Shown here piece after piece: positions 36,822 through 46,100 of a DNA stretch of 64,000 nucleotides. A program made the position numbers and the translations under genes. Location: assembly GCA_965216875.1 (NCBI GenBank), contig OZ244207.1, positions 7,232,001 to 7,296,000 on the forward strand, written 5' to 3'. Within the stretch, counting starts at the first letter, position 1; each line of letters begins with the position of its first letter. The notes under the pieces are model-generated. The model saw only the letters and a list, made by a program, of their open reading frames with translations, did not search any database and had not been told where the DNA came from. This DNA comes from Rubripirellula sp. (GTDB lineage: Bacteria > Planctomycetota > Planctomycetia > Pirellulales > Pirellulaceae).

Positions 36822-38686
36822 CCCGCTGCCGGTTCGTCGTTCGTGTGACCTTGGTCCTCATCTCGTTGCTGGGGGTGACACCGCTGGTGTCCAACGCCCA
36901 GGAGCGACCCAACATTGTATGGATCATGTCCGAAGACAACTCCAAGCACTACCTCAAGCATTTTGATCCAGATGGAGCGCCAGCACCACACATCGAAGCG
37001 TTGGCCGACCACGGGATTACTTTTGACCGTGCATTTTCATGTGCCCCGGTCTGCTCAGTTGCCAGAACCACGCTGATCACCTCCTGCTATGGTCCGCGCA
37101 TCGGAACGCAATATCATCGTCGAAGCTCGATGGCGACCATGCCTGCGGGGCTAAAAATGTTTCCCGCCTACTTACGCGCGGCGGGCTACTACACCACCAA
37201 CAATAGCAAAGAAGATTACAACGCAACCAAATCGGATGATGTTTGGGACGATTCGTCTGGGCGTTCGTCTTGGAAGAAACGCCCCGACAAGTCGGCGCCC
37301 TTCTTTCACGTGCAAACGTCGACACTGTCGCACGAAGGCAGACTGCATTTTCCAGCCAAGGAGATGGAAAAGGCAAACGCAACCGATCCCGACTCGGTCA
37401 AACTTCAACCGTATTTTCCCGACACACCAACCTTTCGCTACACGCGCGCTCGCTACCACGATCGGATGACCGCGATCGACGAAGTGGTCGGCACGATCGT
37501 CGCTGACCTCAAACAAGCCGGGGAACTTGAAAAGACCTTCATCTTCTACTTTGGCGACCATGGTGGAGTTCTGCCGCGATCGAAGGGCTACGCGTATGAA
37601 TCCGGTTTGCACGTTCCCTTGGTCGTTCGAGTGCCCGAAAAGTTCAAGTCGCTGGTCAATCGCGATCTCGGATCACGCACCCATGGTTTTGTCGAGTTCG
37701 TTGACTTTGGACCAACCGTACTGAAGCTGGCCGGAATCGACGTGCCCGACGGTGTTGATGGCAAACCGTTCCTCGGACCAGGCGTTGATGCGAGTGTCAT
37801 CGATCAACGTAACGAAACCTTTGGATACGCTGATCGCTTCGACGAAAAATACGACCTCGTTCGAACGCTGCGTTGGGGTAAGTACAAGTACATCCGTAAC
37901 TTTGAACCCTTCCTGCCTGATGGCCTGCAGAATAACTATCGCTACAACATGCTCGCCTACAAAGAGTGGCGAAAGCTCTACAGGGCGGGCAAACTCAACG
38001 CGGTTCAGCGTCAGTTTTTTGAAGCCAAACCAGTCGAGGCACTCTATGACTTGGAGGCTGATCCCCACGAAACCAACAACCTTGCTGGAAGCGACGACTA
38101 CGCGAACGTCACCTCCAAGATGCGTGAACGGCTTGTCGAGCGTTTGAAGCAGATGCCCGACCTGAGTTTCTTGCCCGAGGCGGTGTTGTTTGACGATGCG
38201 ATGGAGAATCCGGTCGCTTTTGGCAAACAGCACTCGGGTGAAATCGCAGCCTTGATCGATACGGTGAACCTCGCGCTCGAACCTTACTCGCAAGTCGAAG
38301 CTCAACTAAAGTCGGCGATTGAAAGTGAAGACGCTTGGGTCCGTTATTGGGGCTTGGTCGCATGCAGCAGTTTCGGCGAGCAAGCTGAACCGCTTGTGGA
38401 ATTGGTCAAGCAGCGATTGTCCGATCCCGAACCACTCGTTGTCATGCGAGCGGTTGAGTTTCTGGCGATCACCAGCGACGTCGACGTTCGCCCCTACCTC
38501 TATCGTTCGGTAGCGAGGTCGACCAACCAACCCGAAGCATTGCGTGTGCTCAATACGGCGGTCTACCTAAACGACGTTTTTGGGGAGCGATTGAAGATCA
38601 ATCCCGCCGAAATTCACTTCTCAATGCCTGTCGGCAAACGCAGTGAACTGAAACGGCGCATGGATTACTTCGAAGGCGCGCTGTAG
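36803..38686 (+). CDS. Sulfatase (S1) with C-terminal HEAT-like region
   Basis: RPNIVWIMSED, PVCSVAR, GDHG, LHVPLVV, LYDLEADPHETNNL; start uncertain. Confidence 0.92.
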   Translation: MLFSPSSRCRFVVRVTLVLISLLGVTPLVSNAQERPNIVWIMSEDNSKHYLKHFDPDGAPAPHIEALADHGITFDRAFSCAPVCSVARTTLITSCYGPRIGTQYHRRSSMATMPAGLKMFPAYLRAAGYYTTNNSKEDYNATKSDDVWDDSSGRSSWKKRPDKSAPFFHVQTSTLSHEGRLHFPAKEMEKANATDPDSVKLQPYFPDTPTFRYTRARYHDRMTAIDEVVGTIVADLKQAGELEKTFIFYFGDHGGVLPRSKGYAYESGLHVPLVVRVPEKFKSLVNRDLGSRTHGFVEFVDFGPTVLKLAGIDVPDGVDGKPFLGPGVDASVIDQRNETFGYADRFDEKYDLVRTLRWGKYKYIRNFEPFLPDGLQNNYRYNMLAYKEWRKLYRAGKLNAVQRQFFEAKPVEALYDLEADPHETNNLAGSDDYANVTSKMRERLVERLKQMPDLSFLPEAVLFDDAMENPVAFGKQHSGEIAALIDTVNLALEPYSQVEAQLKSAIESEDAWVRYWGLVACSSFGEQAEPLVELVKQRLSDPEPLVVMRAVEFLAITSDVDVRPYLYRSVARSTNQPEALRVLNTAVYLNDVFGERLKINPAEIHFSMPVGKRSELKRRMDYFEGAL

Positions 38687-38848
38687 GTCATGCTGTGCAT
38701 GACATCCGCTGTGGCTGTGCTCGCCAGACCGAGGACTCATCAGCCGCAACGCGATAGCGTGCGGTTTTACACGTAGTCAACCACGCGGGAACCGCAAGCG
38801 ATCGCTCTGCGGCTGATCGTAAACCGCACCCGTCAATTGTGGCGTGGC

Positions 38849-39730
38849 CTACGAGAGGTTGAGCGTCTTGAGCACGGCGGAAGCGATCACGACGGCGAGC
38901 CCGGCGTAGGTCACTCGAAAGATCTTCGATTCGCTGCCGCATGCCATCAGCCCCATCGCGCACACGACAGAGATAAACGTAAACTCTTGACGCAGGCCGG
39001 CGAGCGTGATGATGAATGCGATCAACGACAAGTGTGTGATGGCGCGTTTGGGAATCAGCAGCATCGATAGGCACAGCCAAAGTTCCATCAGCAGAATGGA
39101 CGCCGTGAATCCATAGGTGATCGCCGTGAATGCGGGAAACGGCGGCTCAAGTTTCACCGCATTCAATTCGCCTGGTGGCGTCGTGTGTAACGTCTCGACC
39201 AACTCGGCGTTCGACGTGACAATCGCATGAGTTTCGGGAACCAACTTCAAGAGCGGTCCGCCGAATCCACCACGCGCGAGCTCGAAGCCGATGTACGAGC
39301 CGTCAAGAAAATCGGGTGACAAGAGTTTTTGGACGGTCGCAAACCCCATCAACACGATAAGAAGCGCGCGAGCGTTGAACGACAAACTCTCGACTTGAGT
39401 GGCTTGGTCTCGACATCCGAGCATGCATAGCGAGATGGCAGATGACAAATAAGTCATCATCCAATGATGATTTGGAACGTCCAGAGGCCGCTCGACAATC
39501 CCCATCGCCAAACCGATCGCGACAATGGGCCACGCAAAACAGGCCGCTCGTGATGTGACGCCGACGACCAGCGAAAGAAGCAACGATGCGGTCATCACCG
39601 TCGCCAACGTTTCATCAACGCGAGTCGACGTGAACAGGTATGCGATGATGACAATCGCGCAAACACTCAGCATCACCCGAAGGATGTTGTTGGTCTGTGC
39701 ACCTTGCAGGTCCGTCTTTGGCTCGCTCAT
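38849..39730 (-). CDS. Polytopic membrane protein, HTTM/SdpB-like
   Basis: About 8 TM helices; PNHHWM and FATVQKLLSPDFLDG motifs recall HTTM-domain proteins. Confidence 0.55.
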   Translation of the reverse strand: MSEPKTDLQGAQTNNILRVMLSVCAIVIIAYLFTSTRVDETLATVMTASLLLSLVVGVTSRAACFAWPIVAIGLAMGIVERPLDVPNHHWMMTYLSSAISLCMLGCRDQATQVESLSFNARALLIVLMGFATVQKLLSPDFLDGSYIGFELARGGFGGPLLKLVPETHAIVTSNAELVETLHTTPPGELNAVKLEPPFPAFTAITYGFTASILLMELWLCLSMLLIPKRAITHLSLIAFIITLAGLRQEFTFISVVCAMGLMACGSESKIFRVTYAGLAVVIASAVLKTLNLS

Positions 39731-40197
39731 TGATTGCCCTCCGATTCAATAAGGAGCAGTTGCCGACGAGACAGTTCTCCGCTTGCGACATCAAACTTCA
39801 GGCCAGTGATTTCGGTCTTTTGGGGCGGATCGTCGAGCTTTGACAGGTCATCTCGAAGCGCGTCGGGCCGAGGGAATGTCAGGTGCGGCCGGACCACACG
39901 GTAGAGTTTCGAGTCTTCCTTGCTGTGTTTCCAAAAACGCTGGGGTGGATCGTCAGGGCTTGCCGTGACCCAAGCATCATTTTGCACGGGATGAAAACCG
40001 GCATACATTCCGAACCCGCCACCGCGCCAAGTGCTCAAGCCAACGCCGCGCTGGGCGGAGTCTTCTTGCGTTTGGGCGGATGATGCCCGAGTGATTTGCA
40101 CGGTGATCAAGTGACCCGTGGCCCAAGTCGCCATGACGCAAGCCACGCCATAGCGAATCCAGGATGGGGCAGATCGGGACGGATTGGGCTCGGTCAT
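39727..40197 (-). CDS. Small membrane-anchored hypothetical protein
   Basis: N-terminal TM, GLSTWRGGGFGMYA motif; ATGA overlaps with both neighbours. Confidence 0.7.
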   Translation of the reverse strand: MTEPNPSRSAPSWIRYGVACVMATWATGHLITVQITRASSAQTQEDSAQRGVGLSTWRGGGFGMYAGFHPVQNDAWVTASPDDPPQRFWKHSKEDSKLYRVVRPHLTFPRPDALRDDLSKLDDPPQKTEITGLKFDVASGELSRRQLLLIESEGNQ

Positions 40198-41690
40198 GAA
40201 GGCACCAGGTTTGGCAACGGATAGCGGGCAACTGCGTTTTCGGTAGCCCAGGCAAACAGGTAGTCGTAGTCGGAGGTGCGAAATGCGGTTTCATTCAGAC
40301 GAACCGATCGATTCACACGGCGGAAGAGTTTGCCTGGCAACAGCCCCGCCGTCTTCACGACGCCACCGGCAGCGACCGCGCGAGCGCGAACGGAAGTGGC
40401 GTGCAACATGTGAGTTGCCCTTTGACTGCGACGCACAGAGGAAAGCCATTGCGAAAAGTCATCGAGCGACTGGTTCGACAAGAATGTGCGGCGGTCAAAC
40501 AGCAGAACGGAAGCGGCCTTCTTTTCTTGCGCGTACAAGCTTGCGTCCACACCCGCTTCGCTCAATACACGTCGGCAAAAGGGTTTGTCGTAGGCGTTGC
40601 TGCTGCACCAAGGCTGCATGTCCTCACTGCGGTTGACCTGTTCAATCCCGCCTCCACTTCGTAGCCCCAGCGTTGGCAATGGCAGATGCAAGAATCCCGC
40701 CCACAAACGGTATTCGGTGAGCGACAGTCCCGATTGATCGGCACGCGTGAGTTCGGTGAGGGGTTGGTGACGCTTTGCCCACGCACCTGCTGCGTAACCG
40801 GTCAGCAACAGTCGGTCGCGGAGATGGTCTTCCGCGCCCGCAAAGTAGACGTCTTCGCCTTTTGCATCAGCGGCAAGGAATGGCACTTCGGGACGATCCA
40901 GGTCACGCCACCGATCACGATCAAGTGAGTGAACGAGGATCCCAAGTTGGTCGCCGATCCGTTTGCCTGAATCGTCAGAGCCACCACGCGCCGAGTCAAA
41001 GGTAATCGCTTCCTGCAGTCCCGCCGTTTGCCCTAGCGCGCATACGGTCGGTGAATCGAATCCGCTTGAGATGGTTCCAAGTGGCCGGTGGGGCCTTTGT
41101 CGCGCCGGATCGACTGCGTTTTCAACGCATCGCACCAAACTCGATTCCAAGAATTCTCGATACGCACCATAGGACGAAGCTTTACGCGGGACGATCGGTT
41201 TGGCGCAGACGCGAAGTCCTTTTCGGGTCCACTTCAAGTTGTCGTGATAGAGCAAGCGAACCGTTGGCGTAACCTCTGCCAGATCGCGCCGGTAACCGGG
41301 CATTCCTGAGACGACGGTTAAAAAATCGGCCGGATATCCCGTATGGAACCGGTTCACCTGCAATTCCAACGCGGCCAATAGGGCGGGCAGCGAATTGCTG
41401 ACCCAGTCGGTGTTTTCGTTTTCACACCACACCAATCGATCCATGGTGTGTGATGCCGACACGAATACGAAAGCGTCGTCACGCTTTCGGCCACCGCTCC
41501 CGAACATCAAGTCGGTTTGATCAAAGCTTGCCGCGTCGAATTGGCCGTCCCAGGCCGCTTCGCAAAACCATTGGTCTCGAACCTCGACACCCGTCCCATG
41601 AAAAACGTGGACGTCCCCGCCGCTTCGATCGGCTTTGGCAACCCAGGCGAGCGACGGCCAAAGGGGACAGAGTTGGTAGGTCAAGTTCAT
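40194..41690 (-). CDS. Asparagine-synthetase-like (PP-loop) protein
   Basis: GTISSGFDS resembles the LSGGLDS ATP-pyrophosphatase loop; LLLTGY and YDKPFCRRVL follow the AsnB C-terminal layout; no N-terminal Cys. Confidence 0.6.
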   Translation of the reverse strand: MNLTYQLCPLWPSLAWVAKADRSGGDVHVFHGTGVEVRDQWFCEAAWDGQFDAASFDQTDLMFGSGGRKRDDAFVFVSASHTMDRLVWCENENTDWVSNSLPALLAALELQVNRFHTGYPADFLTVVSGMPGYRRDLAEVTPTVRLLYHDNLKWTRKGLRVCAKPIVPRKASSYGAYREFLESSLVRCVENAVDPARQRPHRPLGTISSGFDSPTVCALGQTAGLQEAITFDSARGGSDDSGKRIGDQLGILVHSLDRDRWRDLDRPEVPFLAADAKGEDVYFAGAEDHLRDRLLLTGYAAGAWAKRHQPLTELTRADQSGLSLTEYRLWAGFLHLPLPTLGLRSGGGIEQVNRSEDMQPWCSSNAYDKPFCRRVLSEAGVDASLYAQEKKAASVLLFDRRTFLSNQSLDDFSQWLSSVRRSQRATHMLHATSVRARAVAAGGVVKTAGLLPGKLFRRVNRSVRLNETAFRTSDYDYLFAWATENAVARYPLPNLVPS

Positions 41691-41704
41691 CGACGTGCCC
41701 TCGA

Positions 41705-42874
41705 TCAAACTCGATGCGCGATGGCTTGATGGTAGATGTTCATCAGGATGTCGTAGTTGCGGTCGGCGGTGTACTTGAGTTCGAATTCTGATCGGGCCGC
41801 GCGGCACATCTGGTCGTACTCGCGATCTTTTTGAAACAGGCTGACCACTTTCGCTGCCAAGTCGCCTGCGTCGCCGGACTGAAAGTGCAATCCATTGACT
41901 CCGTCACTGACGAGTTCCAACATCGATCCGAGATTCGACGCGATCACAGGTGTTCCGGTCGCAAACGCTTCGATCATCGTGCGCCCGAACGTCTCGTACC
42001 AGATCGAAGGGCAAATGAGCGTTCGCGCCTCGCCGACGCGTTTCAAGACTTGGTCGTAGGGCAATTGGCCCAACCACTCAATGGCTGCGTTGTTCTTTTG
42101 CGCCTCGAGGACGCGTTGGCGCATTGGGCCATCGCCAATGATTTTGAGAGTGATCGACGAACCGAGGATGTCCCAAGCATCAAGTAACGTGTCGATCCCT
42201 TTTTCGATCGAGAGTCGGCCCACGAAGACCGCTTCACGATTGACCGCAGGGAAGACTCCGGGATCAGGCCGCACGAAGTTGGGTTTCACCGCAACCATTT
42301 CCGGCTGTAAACCGCTGGCGATAAATCGTTCGCGTGAATGCTGGGTCAGTGCAATGTAGCGGCTGATGCAGCGATTCCAGGTGCCGCCCAAGCGATGCAC
42401 GCCAGCTGACAGTGCCGTGATCACCGAAGCGCCACGGCTGTTGCGATAACACTTGTGCATCACGCCGGGCCAAGCAAACGTTTTGCGAATGCACTTTTCA
42501 CATACCGTGTGCTCGCGCAGCAGCGTTGAACCGGGACAGATGGTGCGGAAGTTGTGCATCGTCTGCACAACGGGCACGCCGCAGCGTTGGGCCGCATAGT
42601 AGCCGCTCGGCGAAATCAGCGGGAACGTGTTGTGAAAGTGGGCGACATCGGGCCGGTGCTTGCGGATCAGTCGGGTAATCTCGCGGTAGCTATCGTGGCT
42701 CCAGAGCGTTGCTTGGGCGGTTGCGAGCCGGCTTGCTTGGTCGATGTCATGGTTGTCACGCTCAAAGCGAATGACCTCGTGGCCAAAACGTTCCAACAGC
42801 CATCCCTCGTCGCGGTAGACGTGGTCTTCTCCGCCCGGTTGCTGATAGAAGTTGTGGCACAGCAGGATTTTCAC
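41705..42874 (-). CDS. Glycosyltransferase family 4
   Basis: HNFYQQPGGED, HFHNTFPLIS, FVGRLSIEKG, PSIWYETFGRTMIEAFATGTPVI. Confidence 0.93.
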   Translation of the reverse strand: MKILLCHNFYQQPGGEDHVYRDEGWLLERFGHEVIRFERDNHDIDQASRLATAQATLWSHDSYREITRLIRKHRPDVAHFHNTFPLISPSGYYAAQRCGVPVVQTMHNFRTICPGSTLLREHTVCEKCIRKTFAWPGVMHKCYRNSRGASVITALSAGVHRLGGTWNRCISRYIALTQHSRERFIASGLQPEMVAVKPNFVRPDPGVFPAVNREAVFVGRLSIEKGIDTLLDAWDILGSSITLKIIGDGPMRQRVLEAQKNNAAIEWLGQLPYDQVLKRVGEARTLICPSIWYETFGRTMIEAFATGTPVIASNLGSMLELVSDGVNGLHFQSGDAGDLAAKVVSLFQKDREYDQMCRAARSEFELKYTADRNYDILMNIYHQAIAHRV

Positions 42875-43039
42875 GGCAGTGGTGCGCGCAGCATCGAAAA
42901 GAGGAGTGACTGAAGACTGCTGCCAGATTAGTTGCGTGATTCCCCTCTACAGAATGTAAAGGCAGGGAAAAGTGAGCTCCGTCGGTTCACCAAGATCGAA
43001 TGCCGCTACAACCGCTACCGCCGTCACAGGTAGCGCCCT

Positions 43040-43131
43040 TGAGCCGCTGGCCGTGAGGCCTCGGGCCCTTGCCGACGCGCAGCTAGTTTGAAGGCGAGTA
43101 AGGCCTGGCCGTTTACGCGAGTCTCGGCTCA
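43040..43131. repeat. Composite TGAGCCG...CGGCTCA palindromic element
   Basis: TGAGCCGCTGGCCGTGAGGCCTCGGGCC ... GGCCTGGCCGTTTACGCGAGTCTCGGCTCA; homologous (inverted) to 28044-28123. Confidence 0.75.
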
Positions 43132-43161
43132 CTTGCGGATTCGCAATCAAAGCCCGTGGCA

Positions 43162-46100
43162 CTACCGGTCGGCTGCCACGATGCGATGCTCGAGTAGACT
43201 CCAAGTCGCATCACCATTGCCTAAGTCAATTTCCATTGCCTCACCCTTCCGGATCGCGGTGCCGATTCGAAAAGAGAATTGTGTTTGGTCTTCTGAGACG
43301 CCGAGATTCTCGATGCCAATGGATGTCCATGAACGAGTCTGAAGCCGATAAAGAGACGCACCTGTTGAAGGTTCTAACGATCCGCCGACAACAGTAACCG
43401 TATCCCCAGGACGGACAATGATCGGTCCAGAACTGATCAGTCCAGAACTGATGGGGGACTCGACTCCGTTGACGAGAATCGCACTCGCATAGGGAATTTG
43501 CATGATTTCACTTCGCCCGCCGACGCCCGCAACGGAAATCCCCTTGGCGATGTCGTCATAGGTAAGGCCACGAACCCGAGGATCGTCCCAGCTAAACGTG
43601 TAGCTCCCCGCAAAGACCTCTTCGTCCGACAGTGGGACTTCGAACTGACCAATCATGACCTTGTCGCCGAAGTCAACGCCTCGGAAATGAATGGTTAGGT
43701 CGGAGGTGTTTTCACGACTATAGATTTCGGGAATGACTTGGACATAACGCTCTGGGCTAAGCAATCCCCAACGCATCATGCCCGTCACAGCATTGTCGGG
43801 CACTTGATAGGGAGCGGTGTAGTACTCGAATTCGTCTACGTTGACGGCGGCCGCCGTCCACGACGCACGTTCGGGAATCGATTCGCCGTTAGCGTTTGTT
43901 CTCCGCGCAAAGACAACGGTATCGCCTGTATCAACGATCGATTGTGGGGCGGAAAGCACTTGCCCTGCATTGACGCTCGGAATGCTTGGGTCGGCCGGTG
44001 TTCCGGAAGTGGCAACGAGTGACGCGTGAAGATCGGCTACCCCTTCGGCTTCACTCGGATTCCACGAATGTGATCCCCAACCGTTGCTGATAACAATCGG
44101 CTCCGACGGCAGCGTTTCGAGATTGTCGGGGCCCAGCCAAACACCAGACTCCAATGCTAGACGACCATAGCCGACCCACCAATGACGAATGATTGAGGTC
44201 GGATCGGGCGAATAAGAAGTAGGCGACCTCAAATACACGTTAGGTCGATAGGTGACGTGCGTGTCGTTGTAGTCGATCTGCCAGTGGTGATCGCCCCAAT
44301 CGACATCGAAAACGAATCCATATTCGAACCTTTCAATTTCGAGGTCCAGCCAAGTCTCCCGGTCATAGCGTCGCTCGGAGGAGTATTTGAGGACAGAACG
44401 CACTTCATTGAGCTTGGGGACGATAGGCAGCAAGTTGAGCGAATTGCCAGTTCGATCGCCAAAGATCATGAGTGGTCCCGCAGAAGAAGCGACGGTTTCA
44501 AACTCAAGTCCATCTTGTTCGGAATACGACAGGGGCCGTTCCGATTTTCCCGCCGCCTCGCTACCTCGGCCGATGAGTTGTTGTCGAAAACGATAGGGAG
44601 GCCACGAATCGGCGTCGCATTGGTAATCGTCCGTTGGCGTGCAATCAACGAAGTAACGGAAAGATTGCCCGTGGTTGGCCGATGGTAAACCGTCGAAAAG
44701 GGGAGTGCCAACCGACGCCACCGGCATCTCCAACTCGTCCCACCATGGATCGAGTTGATCGAGTGTTGCAACGACCTCGTCTAATTCAATCTGCAGCTTG
44801 CCGTCAGTGACTTCTGGCGGCACGGTCAATGCGAGCGTTTCAAGTTGAAGGCCTTCGGCTGGCGGTGCGAACTCGGACACCACGTCGATTCCATCGATCG
44901 AAAACGCGGCCTGACCGAGATTGATTCCGGCGAGCAAGATCGTTGAACCAGGTTGCTGCGAATCGCCACTCGCGCCGACAACGGTCGGTGCAATCTTGAT
45001 GGGGAAACCTGCGTCGGCTGGCAACGCACGGTTTGGAGGCGGCTCGATCATGATCGAACCGCCATGAAAGCCGATGGGAAGCCGTACAAAGTATTCAAAC
45101 GAAGCGGTTGCTCCGGCGCGACGGCGATCAAAGAAATAGGGATCTCCGTCGCCGCTTTGCAAGAGAAACGTCAATCTTTGCGGCGGCGGTGCGGTGTTGT
45201 TTGGGTCAGTCGGTCGTACGCGAACTGTAACCAAACTCCCGCCAACTTGATGCTCGTCAGACAACCCCGCGTACGAATAGTCCTTTGCGAATTCATGAGA
45301 GTGGGTGCTTAGACTCTCAATTTCCCACTCACCGGGTGATGACTCGAGCGGTGATGGTACTTCAAGGCGATGACGTCCCGCGGCAGTAACCACTTCCAAT
45401 GAACGCTCAATCAGCGGGGTGGCTTGAGGCAAAGCGATCGGATCACAGACGTCCGGCAATGGAAGCTCGCAACCACTAATCAACTTGTCATCAATCAGTA
45501 CAGCGAAGGGTTCGCTTCCCAAGCCGGTGATGTCGTACGCGATGATACTTCGCTCACGGCTTGGCATGTCCCCGCGAATCGAGTTCGGTTCAGTAATCCG
45601 CGGGACAATGTTGAGCCAAACGCCGCCAGACTGGTCCCTCGTTCGTACCATTCCACTGGTAGCCGAGTCGGGCACACTCACGATTGCTCTGGTCCCATCC
45701 TCTGAGACATCGCGCAAAACTGAAAGGCGGCTCCCATGTATTTGTGAGTAGTGCCGGAAGGTCGGAAACATCCTCGAATCGAGCTCGAAAACGAGCGACA
45801 TTCCGGGCCTCAGGTTTTCACCAATCACCTCAATGCTTTGGTACATGTTTGCAGACGGAATCGTAGGATCCGTTGGCTCGCCATCGTTTGCGACGGATAC
45901 GATCTGGTGAATAGCAGGTGTGCCTTGTGCAGGATGATCAACCCGTTCGACAAGACGCTCACGTCGAATCGTATCGGGATCTCGATTAGAATTTTCCAGC
46001 AAATACAACCAGTCGTTTCGGAATGCCGCCCGGGTCAGATTCTCTAGCGGGTATTCAGAGTATTCGATCGCTGTCGACGGTGTGAATTGTTCGATGGAGT

